A program made the position numbers and the translations under genes. A stretch of 64,000 nucleotides of DNA from a virus (Duplodnaviria > Caudoviricetes): IMG/VR virus record IMGVR_UViG_3300021431_000101, positions 24,817-88,816 of that record. The stretch is one strand, 5' to 3'. Shown piece after piece: positions 30,101 through 37,580 of the stretch. The notes below the pieces were generated by a model. The model had not been told where the DNA came from, ran no database searches, and saw only the letters and a list, made by a program, of their open reading frames with translations. Within the stretch, counting starts at the first letter, position 1. Each line of letters opens with the position of its first letter.

Positions 30101-33100
30101 TAAAATAGATAATTATATTCAAGACCCAGAAACAGGAGAATGGTTAAAAATGAATGATATAAAATGTATAGACCTTATTAAAAAAGACCATGCTCTTAGA
30201 AATGATTATCTTAGAACTTTATTAGATGCTCAAGCAATAATAGAAGATTTTAGTTTAATTAAAGAACTTGATATAGAAAGTGAAGACCCAAATATACAAC
30301 AAAGTCTTAATAAAATCAAGTCATCTTTAACTAAGTTAGAAAACAAATCTATAATCGCTGATTGTTATGAAAAGTTTGCTCAAAGATATTATGATGAAGG
30401 TACTGATAATCCATTAGTAAGACAAGGTCTTATGAGTGTTCTTGATGGTTATTATAAAACGAATTGGTTTAATGCTATGTTTAATGATATTCAAGAAACT
30501 AGCAATCCTATTGTTCAAATAGCTATGAAGAACTTCCAAAATGACCTTAATGCTAAAGTTATTGCAGGTAAAAAAAGAGCTATTGAATTTGCTGAACATA
30601 TAAAACAAATACAACAAGATGCTGCTAAACATGGTGTTAGATTTGATTTAAATAAAATCATAGATGAATATGGTAGATTTAAACAAAATCACAACACTAA
30701 GTTTATAGAAGATAGAAACAGATTACAAAGAGCAGTAAATGCAGAAAAAGAAGGAACTGTTGGTTGGTTTAAAGCTAAACTTGAATATGATGAATGGAAA
30801 GCAAAACATATTGAACAACCTGTTGTAACATCATATTATGAAGAGAAAAATGCAGTTCTTCGTAAAATGCTTTATGGTGACCCTGAATTAACAGAAGCAG
30901 AAAGAAAAGAAGCTTTTATTGATAAAAATGCTGATTATTTAGCAAAATATGAACAACTTAGATTAGAAAGAAAAGATTTAAGAAGTAAATATAAAACAGA
31001 TGAACCAGACCCAGAATTAGATGCTAAATTAGATACCCTAGATAATAAAATATGGGCTATGACTTATCCTAATGAAGGAGATGATGAAGTATCTGAAACA
31101 TTAAAAGCTCGTCTTAATAATTATATAAAAGGTCTTAGAAACGTTGAAAACAAATATTTCAAATATGACCCTGCTTATAATTTTGAACAATTAGTAGAAC
31201 GTAATGAACGTATTGTTCAATCATATGAATTAAGTGGCAGACCTGTAAATCTTTATGCTGATAATCCAGAGTATGTAAAAGCAAAAACTTGGTTAAAAAG
31301 AAATGTAATATTAGAACCTGATTGGACTGAAGAAATAAAAGGTAAAATTGAAAAAGCGTATAGTGTTATAATGCCTGTTAATAAACAAAGCATGAATCAT
31401 ACTATACGTGGTAATAAAAAATATTATAATTCTTTTGGTGAATTTGACCCACGTCTTGTACCAGATGATTTAATAAATAAATTAAGAAAAGAAGAAGAAG
31501 CTAACTATGGCATTGTTAATGGTTTACCTTTTTCTGATAGAACTTTAATAAGTAATGCTAATTATAATAGACAATTATATAATAAGGCTTTTTATGAAGG
31601 ATTTACTGATGCTAAAGGAAAAGAACAATTAGCTGCTTCTAGACATTATAGACAATTAATTACAGACATTAATGATATATTAGCTCCTTGGTATAATGAA
31701 CGTACTGGTGAAATTGATTTAGAATTTATAGAAAATACAGAAGAAAATGTAAAGAAACTTAAAAAACTTAGAAAACTTTATGATGAACTAGATGAAATAG
31801 GTGGTGGTAAAAAGTCTAAAACTGTAAGAAAGTTTATAAAAGATAATGTAGAATTTACTCATAATAAAGAAAAATATGAATCTGATAATGATTATGTAAA
31901 AACCTTATCTAAAGGTGATTTTAGGTCTGCATTAATGGATGTAATCAAAGATGTAGATTATGATGGAAACGTAGTACCAAATAAGAGATTATATGGTATT
32001 GTCAAACCAAAAGATAAAGTTTTAGATAAATATTTAGATGAAAAGAAAACAGAAGCTGTTGCAACTTTAAATAAATATAAAGGTAAGAGATTATCTAATT
32101 ATTATGCTGAGGCTAAATATGAAGCTAGACAAAAAGGAGAAGCATATTATAATGCATGGATTGCTAGAAATCATGTCTATAATCCTTATAATCATGCTTA
32201 TCAACCATTAGATATATGGTATGAAAGTTATGATAAAGCAGATAATTATAATCATTATCCTAAATTCTCACAAACTGTTAGAAGTATAAGAGATGGTTAT
32301 TACACTCATAAAGAGGCTGTAGAAGAATTAGATAATCAAACAGAATATGATACTGTAAAAGAATTAGAAGAAGTATATTTTCCAGAAAATGATTATGTTA
32401 ATAAAAACTATAAAGATAAAGGAGGACATGAAGCTAATTATAAGTTTGGTTCTAATAAAGAATATGATATTTCTTCAGATGCCAACGAATATGAATTAAG
32501 AGCTAAGAATTATATTCAAGAAACTCTTATGCAATTAGCTAATACACAAGATAGTAAAACTTATTTAGAAAACGGTTGGTTACCTGCTAAAGCTAAAACT
32601 AGTCCTACTGATGCTAAAGGATGGGTTAAAGAAGTATTAAAAGTAGTAGGTATATCAAGTGAAGTTCATAATGACAAATGGTATGATAGTGTTGACTATA
32701 GTAAAGACAAACCTGATACTATGCCAATGCTTGAAAGATTAAAAGGTAAAGGATATAAAGACATACCTAAAAAGCCAATACAAAAAGAAGGTCAAAGTGA
32801 TGAAGATTATGCTAAAGATGTTGCTAAGTGGGAAACTGATGTTGCTGATATTAAGAAGAATAATTTAGAAATTCATAAAGCATTACTTGATAATGATTGG
32901 GTTGGAGCTATACAAGACTTTATAATTCAAGCTGCAACTTATAATGCTGTTCAAGATAATAAATATGAATTGTTCTATGCACAACAACTATTAAAGAAAT
33001 ATGGTCATTATATACAACATTATGATAAATTTGGAAATCTTAAGTTTAAAAAAGACCTTAGAAATAGTAGTAGTGAAGATGCTGAATATCTTAGAAAACA

Positions 33101-34910
33101 AGATAGCGAACTTATAAAGCAATTTGATAATCAGTTAAAACGTATTCTTTATAATCAATTTAAAGCAAATAATAAACCAAAGTTACTCAATACTATGAGT
33201 ACATTACAAAGTATAACATCTGCACAATTTATGATGTTTAACTTTAAAGGTGGTATAGCTAACGTAACTCTTGGTGAACATCAACTTTTTGGAGAAGCTT
33301 TTGCTGGAGAATTTTTAGGTGTTAAAGATTGGGGTAAAGGTAAAATAGAATATAGTAAAGGAATACCTGATTATATTCTAAACTCTGAAAAAGAAAAGAG
33401 TAGTACATTACAAGGTGCTATAATAAAAGAATTTGATGTAGTTGATTACGATGAATGGAGAGGTGTAAGTGATATAAGTAAAGATGCAGCTTATGTTTTA
33501 AGAAAACTTAGAAACTATGCTTATACACCTCAAACTTCTGGTGAACACGCAATGCAGAATAGTGCATTATTTGCATTACTTTATAGTCATAGACTTGTTC
33601 TTAATGATAGAAGAGAAACATTTGGTCAACCTAAGTATACTTTTAAAAACTTTAATGAATTTAAAATAGATAATCATAGAAAAGCTTTAATATCTATATT
33701 ATCTGATGATGAAATAAAAGCTTATGAAAAGTATGAAAAAGATATGGCTGCTGATGCAAATAGTTTTAAAGATTATGCTTGGCGTAGAAAAGATTTAACA
33801 ACTGATTTTGTTAGAGATAATTTAAGTAAAGAAAAACAAAGAGAATTTTTAAAGAAAAGAGATAAATTAGATGAAAAATTAGAAAAAGAATTTAATGATG
33901 ATAGAAAACATCCTACAATAATGAGTCAATTAGAATTAACTTCTGATGGTAAATTAGGTTTCAAAAAAGATAGTATGCTTGCTGAAATAGATATACCAAA
34001 AGAAGATGGTTCTCCTACTGATGCTACACAACTTATAGCAAATATGAAAGGTAGAGTTATTGCTGTCAATAAATATATACATGGTGTATATGATAAGAGT
34101 GGTAGAGCACAATTTGAAAACACCTTTATTGGTAGTCTTGTTATGCAATATCATAAACATATTCCATTAGGTGTTATGAAAAGGTATCGTGTTCAAGGTA
34201 TGTGGCATGAACAAAGAGGTGCTGTTAGTAAAGGTATGTATACATCATTGTATGATTTCTTAACAATACCATTTAAAAAACATCAAAAGGTATTGAATAT
34301 GACAGATGATGAAGTTAATTCTGCAAGAAGTATTCAAAAAGTATTAAGTGACGTAGTAGATTTTGCTTTTAATGTTAAGATGAATTATGAGTTAATGCCA
34401 GAATATGATAGAGCTAATATAAAACGTTGTATTAACGAACTTAGTGGTATGATGGCTGCGTTATTCATGTGTATTCTTATTAAAGCAGGATGGGATGACG
34501 ATGATAAAGATGGATTACTTTATAACTTAGCATTATATGAGATAGATAGATATGCTACTGAAGTAGGTCAATTTAATCCTATAATTGGTTATTCAGAAGC
34601 TAAAAAACTATGGCAATCTCCTGTAGCTGCTAATAGTGGTGTTACTGATTTATTATCTACTGCAAATCAACTATGTCATATGATGTTAGATGGTGAAGAT
34701 TTTGATGGAACTTATAAGAGTGGTAAATTTGCTGGTCAAAGTAAAATAAAAGTTTATGTTGAACGTAGAATACCAATTTGGAGAGGTATTAAAACATCAT
34801 TTATTGATATTGTCGATAATAACCATTATTATAAAGTAGGTGAAAATGTATTAGGATTTATTAATGCTGATAAGAGAGCTGAAGATTTAAAAGAATCTAT
34901 GGGTTGGTAA
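21138..34910 (+). CDS. giant virion-encapsidated DNA-dependent RNA polymerase (two-barrel) fused to a large C-terminal helical region
   Basis: 4590 aa. Catalytic GSDFDIDS at 26382-26396. GYRIPTEGKQS, KRAKEAQGSG and DAQSYIT motifs typical of crAss-like RNAP. Confidence 0.88.
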   Translation: MACVINVDLNRAKALKALYDYCGSNCSMFYSYLTTVIKDVNSQGELEFTDEFKHSWKERKSVNINESDPVKVKDAIIKFYNEKYPSVEEGTRKTKDFDKVKIFGYTNISAREEGKRHFANKMIQAFNNNKNAGEKEVKTNVKAYCAKYAMAVLKKILVKRLSKLTGIDEKEILDNIKTNGNSYLNDILKNHKDNINSQLENLIALYKEFSTVDMYTVLGIEKPVNAKDSNPYKEFIQEVLYDSRLSDIGLTKKEDEEAIENAFNEDSFDDVEIDDDQQGEAEYDTYIQTLNNKLGLSTSFMTYLGANIKHLLASLPKMTTDELNGGKFVKDTDNWFGIPDVMDANQCASVLYHYGRFDNPAVMIESIRDIAKQLPGYQSFDLLADKLEQNPNLQLEFYRVFKRTVISKLETIIENGIPKTRIANSAINKEATLKFQFINALKSSSLKVIPEYASRQAGLLKIAIDDYNEVNDTDDNQLRDIIKKLTEQFKAYYPDINEFSICNFIIYNKGEQEAVDKKANLLTIYNNLIDTIDASTNTIANYKNKQVEIAKARLHNRRVTTGKEEGSIIDLNSIYLDSYIDDTAEAAATRLTNLIADYTVTYTPLNTRTIDGKSQADTINNSMLTSIRDTLQSKLNKFAEKTNENGVAVKEWDEKSPIMQLAKHRFQSKQYDFSTIMLEHRDENDNIINYGLFRAEEQDDGTIKYVPTDQCLSLLQIHLYQGASDVDSGDNILYSKMSKGDYIATAWKNFFNSTNNINGVDMVADYFMRIPSDAPKTFCITAPRYSVKGLLKANNTKQLNDTITDFINKVSNSKLDTTDYIGSFTNPITVRKDSKYLNGDDFYEHLMTANVEGDTNLNIKIPLNRQRLFKDDKTKTISIAFRYASSDAHDKNTNVYQMSGVYYNGVLHNAKFVGFNTDSIDHSIWSDIRTIYFDKANKNGDVEWNISETHPIFRQLKNVFRQELTDMATASSVLFEKVRDKETGNWRIKCDTKGHPIVKKSKLIESNEKHNGLHPTYHYDKSGKLYTVDKDGNVKATGKVFTSDRFIVYDYMSEEQNPTRNFGEEILNEGFGLFTSRTTDTKRVLQFDEEGNIVLTDEQEQLINDKIKEFILTYIESARTRLNEFENLIEDNETKFNTENIAEFMLNTHLAYIGFNDFFEGDTKFYEDTQTFLKRAKEAQGSGVSYGISDITKPIQPGHNHVDSPLDSAIFMFKAKNGNQTQMPIEMFDTFSAITIYNTILTDQPMIDRLVKHLSDKEVMGKAALSEERAKELMEGFGNTKVNDAQSYITFQEWVRRITARGQLPQYKDLIDRVLDETKELTVDDITKLIQVQKNFYYDQYYNEDTKTVSPRQIKNAEFVLVPRLIRGTELEKVAKLMRKLGVDQLNTVETSKAGQSYRFTLWGKDGHISDDILSDIDNPNKEEYTSEIMKLGEEAKEYYNYNYLYTQQETSQHINDENKAGLQIVKKIVDNIDVNSNPALKKAKDDFFKLYAANIKADANSLLATLGVKINTNGEFTVDKNNVIEGLDYGKLFDMLKEELNRLGLDSNMNDYCTQDPNGIFANSTIMPNYMSLVAFKFENIVQSLFNNRIVRQTLPGFHAAQITGIGFRSLSEKVDKSRTSNKLQYHPNLYKKDGSDETITERELKLLPEEEQKQYKFDRVAPYVEIMLPASNFGFKRSDYPNMTKEEQNNMFLTQLQKYHLDEILGYRIPTEGKQSICCMKVVDFTDDAYGSTIVVPDAWVSQTGSDFDIDSVYGIQYDTYIDSKGQIKRYEYTTNTNELYKQYILRNMSKEERQQYYEDLKFNEPTINEFKKQATDKDGNFDKQKYNELIQNAKEQIIEANLEDIAEEKGLLSKEDFGKQSIELQNSKQARNNAMLDNMKKMLTDNESLEENLSRSNFDKITDALDKFIVGDTRTLRDARTAYNIIDQSEMQEDAMSGAQLKGISIMRDTFCSVCNTVHPTLENNSAIKVFYSISDLRNIFSIESSVTDEKAEEIIKEKLKARFGKNSVSPSTGGFVITHNTFGWSLDNKNIDGYILTAYSSQTTAHILDAIKVGNVPNVNTETFKVYKTLVDIGSNYDTAISFIMQPGVKRIVDEFNKVNSIYSPERSRNFVRKAVQSILDELHIDYEPTASLEEMLGEVNNMYDDVLEEIFGNNFSLSTEDEDNAKVTLNSKVQYDRLKEEGIFASTFPVEENDRGRTIRLLYDLQTILTYNKINNLAKDIEKVVKVSNPDKFGAKQTIFETRQVFDDICNVIIDSYYEKKDGSIVNNFRLQANGKNILEVLYPNIQLDGTLDDAIASILNNPTFENDSVYPPLAACLKYGTALSININKSLFITQSDAFVDYINNPFDGLKSVIPIGGRLNPKTAKHFQDYVINYVVSQSRFLQTPLRYVKGRGRSRGFDYNTEVKFSNEDEIARVFGFNRSPNYIITNTIENENGDVEETQTVFEVENVNDPTQEEIDNFNQLTPAQKISWIKEHFRNTGVFDYVDVTLFNEKARGKKAGQQTIEFIEEAADIETVRKQFELAYTHTNPLVACAAADMIKYAFIVEGYRMGMRNISKMIPNSVLLNDGRIWGTSIVNDSNDKMRNLDIMLRDSELKRNIIENFVRGNASELGISVRNVTRLKNGFELIRHSGNVLHLNLNNETQRVLASKYGFIVPTTESSYKTNSYVKLRFGKDTILYKIDVRDGADLFLTPLNELKSTENAEWSTDDSLHKFRPTAYYEELIDNYLKAATAQRLNDFNSKLLTEEVKKLNNVEEYAIPAAKKMDKTTPIPIEDFNTNQSYDGIRESISEWYANSINDAKPVKYMWYAPFSKHIKAFGTDKGLIQRINLTNGGVKDFLIRKVNVERFVKRYTGQNINKPIEKYDAPFEELINLVRQAYRDLGNNLSIYFGDIYAIEPVDMSTLEQNDIPDESTIEEVAVQSVGSIYKRSHNLVDSRASRLNMLWKNKDIKAKKDKIPEHVDDVIIGTAKYVEEITDELLNKIDNYIQDPETGEWLKMNDIKCIDLIKKDHALRNDYLRTLLDAQAIIEDFSLIKELDIESEDPNIQQSLNKIKSSLTKLENKSIIADCYEKFAQRYYDEGTDNPLVRQGLMSVLDGYYKTNWFNAMFNDIQETSNPIVQIAMKNFQNDLNAKVIAGKKRAIEFAEHIKQIQQDAAKHGVRFDLNKIIDEYGRFKQNHNTKFIEDRNRLQRAVNAEKEGTVGWFKAKLEYDEWKAKHIEQPVVTSYYEEKNAVLRKMLYGDPELTEAERKEAFIDKNADYLAKYEQLRLERKDLRSKYKTDEPDPELDAKLDTLDNKIWAMTYPNEGDDEVSETLKARLNNYIKGLRNVENKYFKYDPAYNFEQLVERNERIVQSYELSGRPVNLYADNPEYVKAKTWLKRNVILEPDWTEEIKGKIEKAYSVIMPVNKQSMNHTIRGNKKYYNSFGEFDPRLVPDDLINKLRKEEEANYGIVNGLPFSDRTLISNANYNRQLYNKAFYEGFTDAKGKEQLAASRHYRQLITDINDILAPWYNERTGEIDLEFIENTEENVKKLKKLRKLYDELDEIGGGKKSKTVRKFIKDNVEFTHNKEKYESDNDYVKTLSKGDFRSALMDVIKDVDYDGNVVPNKRLYGIVKPKDKVLDKYLDEKKTEAVATLNKYKGKRLSNYYAEAKYEARQKGEAYYNAWIARNHVYNPYNHAYQPLDIWYESYDKADNYNHYPKFSQTVRSIRDGYYTHKEAVEELDNQTEYDTVKELEEVYFPENDYVNKNYKDKGGHEANYKFGSNKEYDISSDANEYELRAKNYIQETLMQLANTQDSKTYLENGWLPAKAKTSPTDAKGWVKEVLKVVGISSEVHNDKWYDSVDYSKDKPDTMPMLERLKGKGYKDIPKKPIQKEGQSDEDYAKDVAKWETDVADIKKNNLEIHKALLDNDWVGAIQDFIIQAATYNAVQDNKYELFYAQQLLKKYGHYIQHYDKFGNLKFKKDLRNSSSEDAEYLRKQDSELIKQFDNQLKRILYNQFKANNKPKLLNTMSTLQSITSAQFMMFNFKGGIANVTLGEHQLFGEAFAGEFLGVKDWGKGKIEYSKGIPDYILNSEKEKSSTLQGAIIKEFDVVDYDEWRGVSDISKDAAYVLRKLRNYAYTPQTSGEHAMQNSALFALLYSHRLVLNDRRETFGQPKYTFKNFNEFKIDNHRKALISILSDDEIKAYEKYEKDMAADANSFKDYAWRRKDLTTDFVRDNLSKEKQREFLKKRDKLDEKLEKEFNDDRKHPTIMSQLELTSDGKLGFKKDSMLAEIDIPKEDGSPTDATQLIANMKGRVIAVNKYIHGVYDKSGRAQFENTFIGSLVMQYHKHIPLGVMKRYRVQGMWHEQRGAVSKGMYTSLYDFLTIPFKKHQKVLNMTDDEVNSARSIQKVLSDVVDFAFNVKMNYELMPEYDRANIKRCINELSGMMAALFMCILIKAGWDDDDKDGLLYNLALYEIDRYATEVGQFNPIIGYSEAKKLWQSPVAANSGVTDLLSTANQLCHMMLDGEDFDGTYKSGKFAGQSKIKVYVERRIPIWRGIKTSFIDIVDNNHYYKVGENVLGFINADKRAEDLKESMGW
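27173..27193 (+). repeat. G5 motif copy
   Basis: ATCTCCTTCTACGGGGGGGTT, read as SPSTGG. Confidence 0.85.
27711..27731 (-). repeat. G5 motif copy
   Basis: Minus strand TTCTCCTCTACGGGGAAGGT. The plus-strand protein reads TFPVEE. Confidence 0.75.
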
Positions 34911-34936
34911 AGATTAATATTTAATTTGTATATTGG

Positions 34937-34972
34937 AAGTGAGGGTTACTCTAGTGGTAATCCTCACTTTAC
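34937..34972 (+). terminator. intrinsic terminator after the RNAP gene
   Basis: AAGTGAGGGTTAC / GTAATCCTCACTT stem followed by T. Confidence 0.7.
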
Positions 34973-35006
34973 TATATGTCCTATATGTGTCAGTTATCTT
35001 AATGTT

Positions 35007-35046
35007 AAAAAAAAGGTATAAGCTACTCTCGCGAGCAACCTATACC
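35007..35046 (-). terminator. intrinsic terminator of the leftward arm
   Basis: Minus strand GGTATAGGTTGCTCGCGAGAGTAGCTTATACC followed by T8. Confidence 0.75.
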
Positions 35047-35100
35047 AAAACACATTAACGATTATATTGTTAGCTAATTTCATTTAATATTTTGAAACCT

Positions 35101-35168
35101 TCTCTAACAACGTAAAAGTATATTCCTTAACAACTATCCACAAACCATATAAAACACGAAAATAGCCA
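35101..35168 (+). repeat. degenerate ~90-bp element, copy B
   Basis: CAACG(35108)...CTTAACAACTATCC...CGAAAATAGCC(35157). Confidence 0.45.
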
Positions 35169-35200
35169 TACTTTTGACACCATAGCAGGCATTGTAAATG

Positions 35201-35233
35201 AAAAGTATCCGTACCTAAAACAGATACGGATAC
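35201..35233 (-). terminator. terminator after thioredoxin
   Basis: GTATCCGTA / TACGGATAC 9-bp stem with T4 on the minus strand. Confidence 0.65.
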
Positions 35234-35251
35234 CACAAAAACTAAACAAAA

Positions 35252-35527
35252 TTATTTAAAATATACATCTATATATCTAACAATAACTGCAATAGGATTA
35301 CTACCAATCATTCTAAAAACTTCAATTCCATCTTTTATAAATCGTGTTGTAGGAAAATCAGTAACATTCATAGCTTTTAGTTTTTTAGTAGGAATACTAG
35401 ATATATCTTTTGTTACTATTTCTACATCCTTACTTGTTCTGAACATAACATCATCAAGTATTCCTTTTAACACACTACAAGCCTTGCATCCTTTTGTTGT
35501 TAGCAATTCTATTTTATATTTACTCAT
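35252..35527 (-). CDS. thioredoxin/glutaredoxin-like protein
   Basis: CKAC motif near the N-terminus and a cis-Pro segment DFPTTRF. Confidence 0.8.
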   Translation of the reverse strand: MSKYKIELLTTKGCKACSVLKGILDDVMFRTSKDVEIVTKDISSIPTKKLKAMNVTDFPTTRFIKDGIEVFRMIGSNPIAVIVRYIDVYFK

Positions 35528-35543
35528 AGTTATATTATCTAAA

Positions 35544-35852
35544 TTACTTTTTTCCTTCTATACCAGCATAATTAGAATCATCTGTTGGTTGATTATCAGA
35601 ATTACCTTCTATATCTGCTAATGTTATAGTTTTCTTATAAAAACCATCTTTTGCTTCTACATCATGTTCTATCAATCTATTCTCTAATATGTCTATGTAA
35701 CTATCCATTGTAATGAGTTGTGCACCTAAAAGAAGAAGTTCTCTTTTACTTACTTTATTAGAGTCTTTACTATTTATAAAATCATTAAGTTTATTTCTCT
35801 TTTCAGTTAAATACTTATGTTCGTTAATAAGTCTTTTTACAAAGTTTTCCAT
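35544..35852 (-). CDS. crAss001_48-related coiled-coil protein
   Basis: FVKRLINEHKYLTEKRNKLNDFI...LLGAQLITMDSYIDILENRL pattern. Confidence 0.6.
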   Translation of the reverse strand: MENFVKRLINEHKYLTEKRNKLNDFINSKDSNKVSKRELLLLGAQLITMDSYIDILENRLIEHDVEAKDGFYKKTITLADIEGNSDNQPTDDSNYAGIEGKK

Positions 35853-35878
35853 TTTATATATAATTTAATTAGTTAATG

Positions 35879-36361
35879 TTAATTACCTGTACTACCATGA
35901 CCACCTTCTCCACGTTCTGTTTCAGAAAGTTCTCCAACTTCAACAAATAATATTTCAGGATAAGGAAGAATTATAATTTGACCAACTCTATCTCCTACAC
36001 TGTAAGGTTTATCTGCAAAAGTATTATTAGAATTTCTATTCTTATAAGTAAGCATTATTTCACCTCTATAACCGCTATCAATAACACCAACATGATTAGT
36101 CATATAAGCATTAGTTTTACGATTAGAACTACGAGGAAAAACAAGACCTACATAACCTTCAGGAATTTCAATAGCAATACCAGTATGATAAATATAATTA
36201 TCATTAGTTACATCAAAATTAACACTAATTGCAGTTAAATCCATACCAGCATCACCTGGTTTAGCATAAGTAGGAATTACTGCTTCTTCTACTAATTTCT
36301 TTAATTTTACTTCCATTATTTTCATTATTATTTGATTAATTAACTCTACCCTTGTAAGCAC
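35879..36361 (-). CDS. dut: dUTPase (trimeric); real start probably 36316 or 36325
   Basis: Motifs AGMDL, PRSS, GVIDSGYRGEI, GDRVGQ, RGEGGHGSTG. Confidence 0.93.
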   Translation of the reverse strand: MLTRVELINQIIMKIMEVKLKKLVEEAVIPTYAKPGDAGMDLTAISVNFDVTNDNYIYHTGIAIEIPEGYVGLVFPRSSNRKTNAYMTNHVGVIDSGYRGEIMLTYKNRNSNNTFADKPYSVGDRVGQIIILPYPEILFVEVGELSETERGEGGHGSTGN

Positions 36362-36465
36362 AAAGGTAGAGTTTTTCTTTCAATTATACAAATTTTTAAC
36401 ATAGTTTAACTTCATTACTATCATTGTTTGGAATAAGTATAGGAGTGTAACAAAGAAAACCATCA

Positions 36466-36486
36466 ACATCTCCTTTACGGGGGTGC
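36466..36486 (+). repeat. G5 motif copy
   Basis: ACATCTCCTTTACGGGGGTGC, intergenic. Confidence 0.85.
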
Positions 36487-36516
36487 TTTATTCCATCTGT
36501 TTAATCTCATTTCTTT

Positions 36517-36798
36517 TTAATTTAAATTTTCTAAACTAATCAGCATTATAGGTAATCCAACTAATATTATTGTACCTATAATGTATAACAATATTATAAG
36601 TATATTCAACAGTAATACTATTGTAGATTTTTTAAAATATGTATATATAACAAAAAAAGCACTTACAAAAATAAGTGCTGGTTGAATGATAATAAATAAT
36701 AATACATTTATTTCTCCATAAGTTAAAGGTGTATTATTACTCCACCATTCCATTATTTCTATACATATATCACAAAGTTCATTTCCTGTATATTTCAT
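36517..36798 (-). CDS. small membrane protein (2 predicted TM)
   Basis: YGEINVLLFIIIQPALIFV and a second hydrophobic helix. Confidence 0.7.
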   Translation of the reverse strand: MKYTGNELCDICIEIMEWWSNNTPLTYGEINVLLFIIIQPALIFVSAFFVIYTYFKKSTIVLLLNILIILLYIIGTIILVGLPIMLISLENLN

Positions 36799-36799
36799 A

Positions 36800-37486
36800 T
36801 CACCAATGATTTACTTTTCTTTGAATTTTAAATTTTATTTTTGAATTATTTGAATCTTTATCAGTATGTCCATATTTTCCTGCAAATCTTCTAATTTTTG
36901 CATAAAGACTATTGCTACCTTTATAAGCTCCTTGATGTGAATTAAAATCATAAACATCTTCTACAGTATAACCATCTCTATAAACCTTTACAGGATAACT
37001 ACCTAATGTTGTTTCTATTTGACCATTAGGAGTAAATTTATCAAGCATTGTTGGTGTTCCATAAATTTTACCATATAAATTAGGTTGTACTTCTTCTTGT
37101 CTTACAGCTAATCTTATTGTATCATTTGGATGTTTTTTAAAATAATTTCCATTTATATTTGAATTTTTTGATACAACATATCTAACTTGTTTATCTATCT
37201 CATCTAATTGTTTATTAGGTATATGTTGTTCAGAATAAGTGTTTCCTTCATAATTTTTATTTATTTTTCTTGCTACATTTTTATTATATAAATCTTCTAG
37301 AAAAAATCTAGCATTATTACTAAGCCTATTAATTAATCTACGACTTTTAGGTTTATTAACAGGTAATGTTTTACTAGGATAAGCATACTGTAATATATGT
37401 TTTATCTCTGGTTTTATTTTTGCAACACGTTCTATATTGTTTCTTTGTTTTTGAACTAATGATAGTAATCTAGTTTTATAAGGCAT
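36800..37486 (-). CDS. hypothetical basic protein with TLG...DxYDFN motif
   Basis: 228 aa, TTLGSYPV...VEDVYDFN. Confidence 0.65.
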   Translation of the reverse strand: MPYKTRLLSLVQKQRNNIERVAKIKPEIKHILQYAYPSKTLPVNKPKSRRLINRLSNNARFFLEDLYNKNVARKINKNYEGNTYSEQHIPNKQLDEIDKQVRYVVSKNSNINGNYFKKHPNDTIRLAVRQEEVQPNLYGKIYGTPTMLDKFTPNGQIETTLGSYPVKVYRDGYTVEDVYDFNSHQGAYKGSNSLYAKIRRFAGKYGHTDKDSNNSKIKFKIQRKVNHW

Positions 37487-37580
37487 AATAATAAAATTTT
37501 GATTAATAATTAAATAAAAGTAAATATACTAATATTTAATCATTAATCAAAATAAAAACAAAATATTTATGATTTTTTAA

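Noticed and set aside
4268-34160. Numerous 60-110-aa minus-strand ORFs inside the tail and RNAP genes
   Set aside because: F/I/L/S-rich reverse-complement shadows of A-rich coding DNA.
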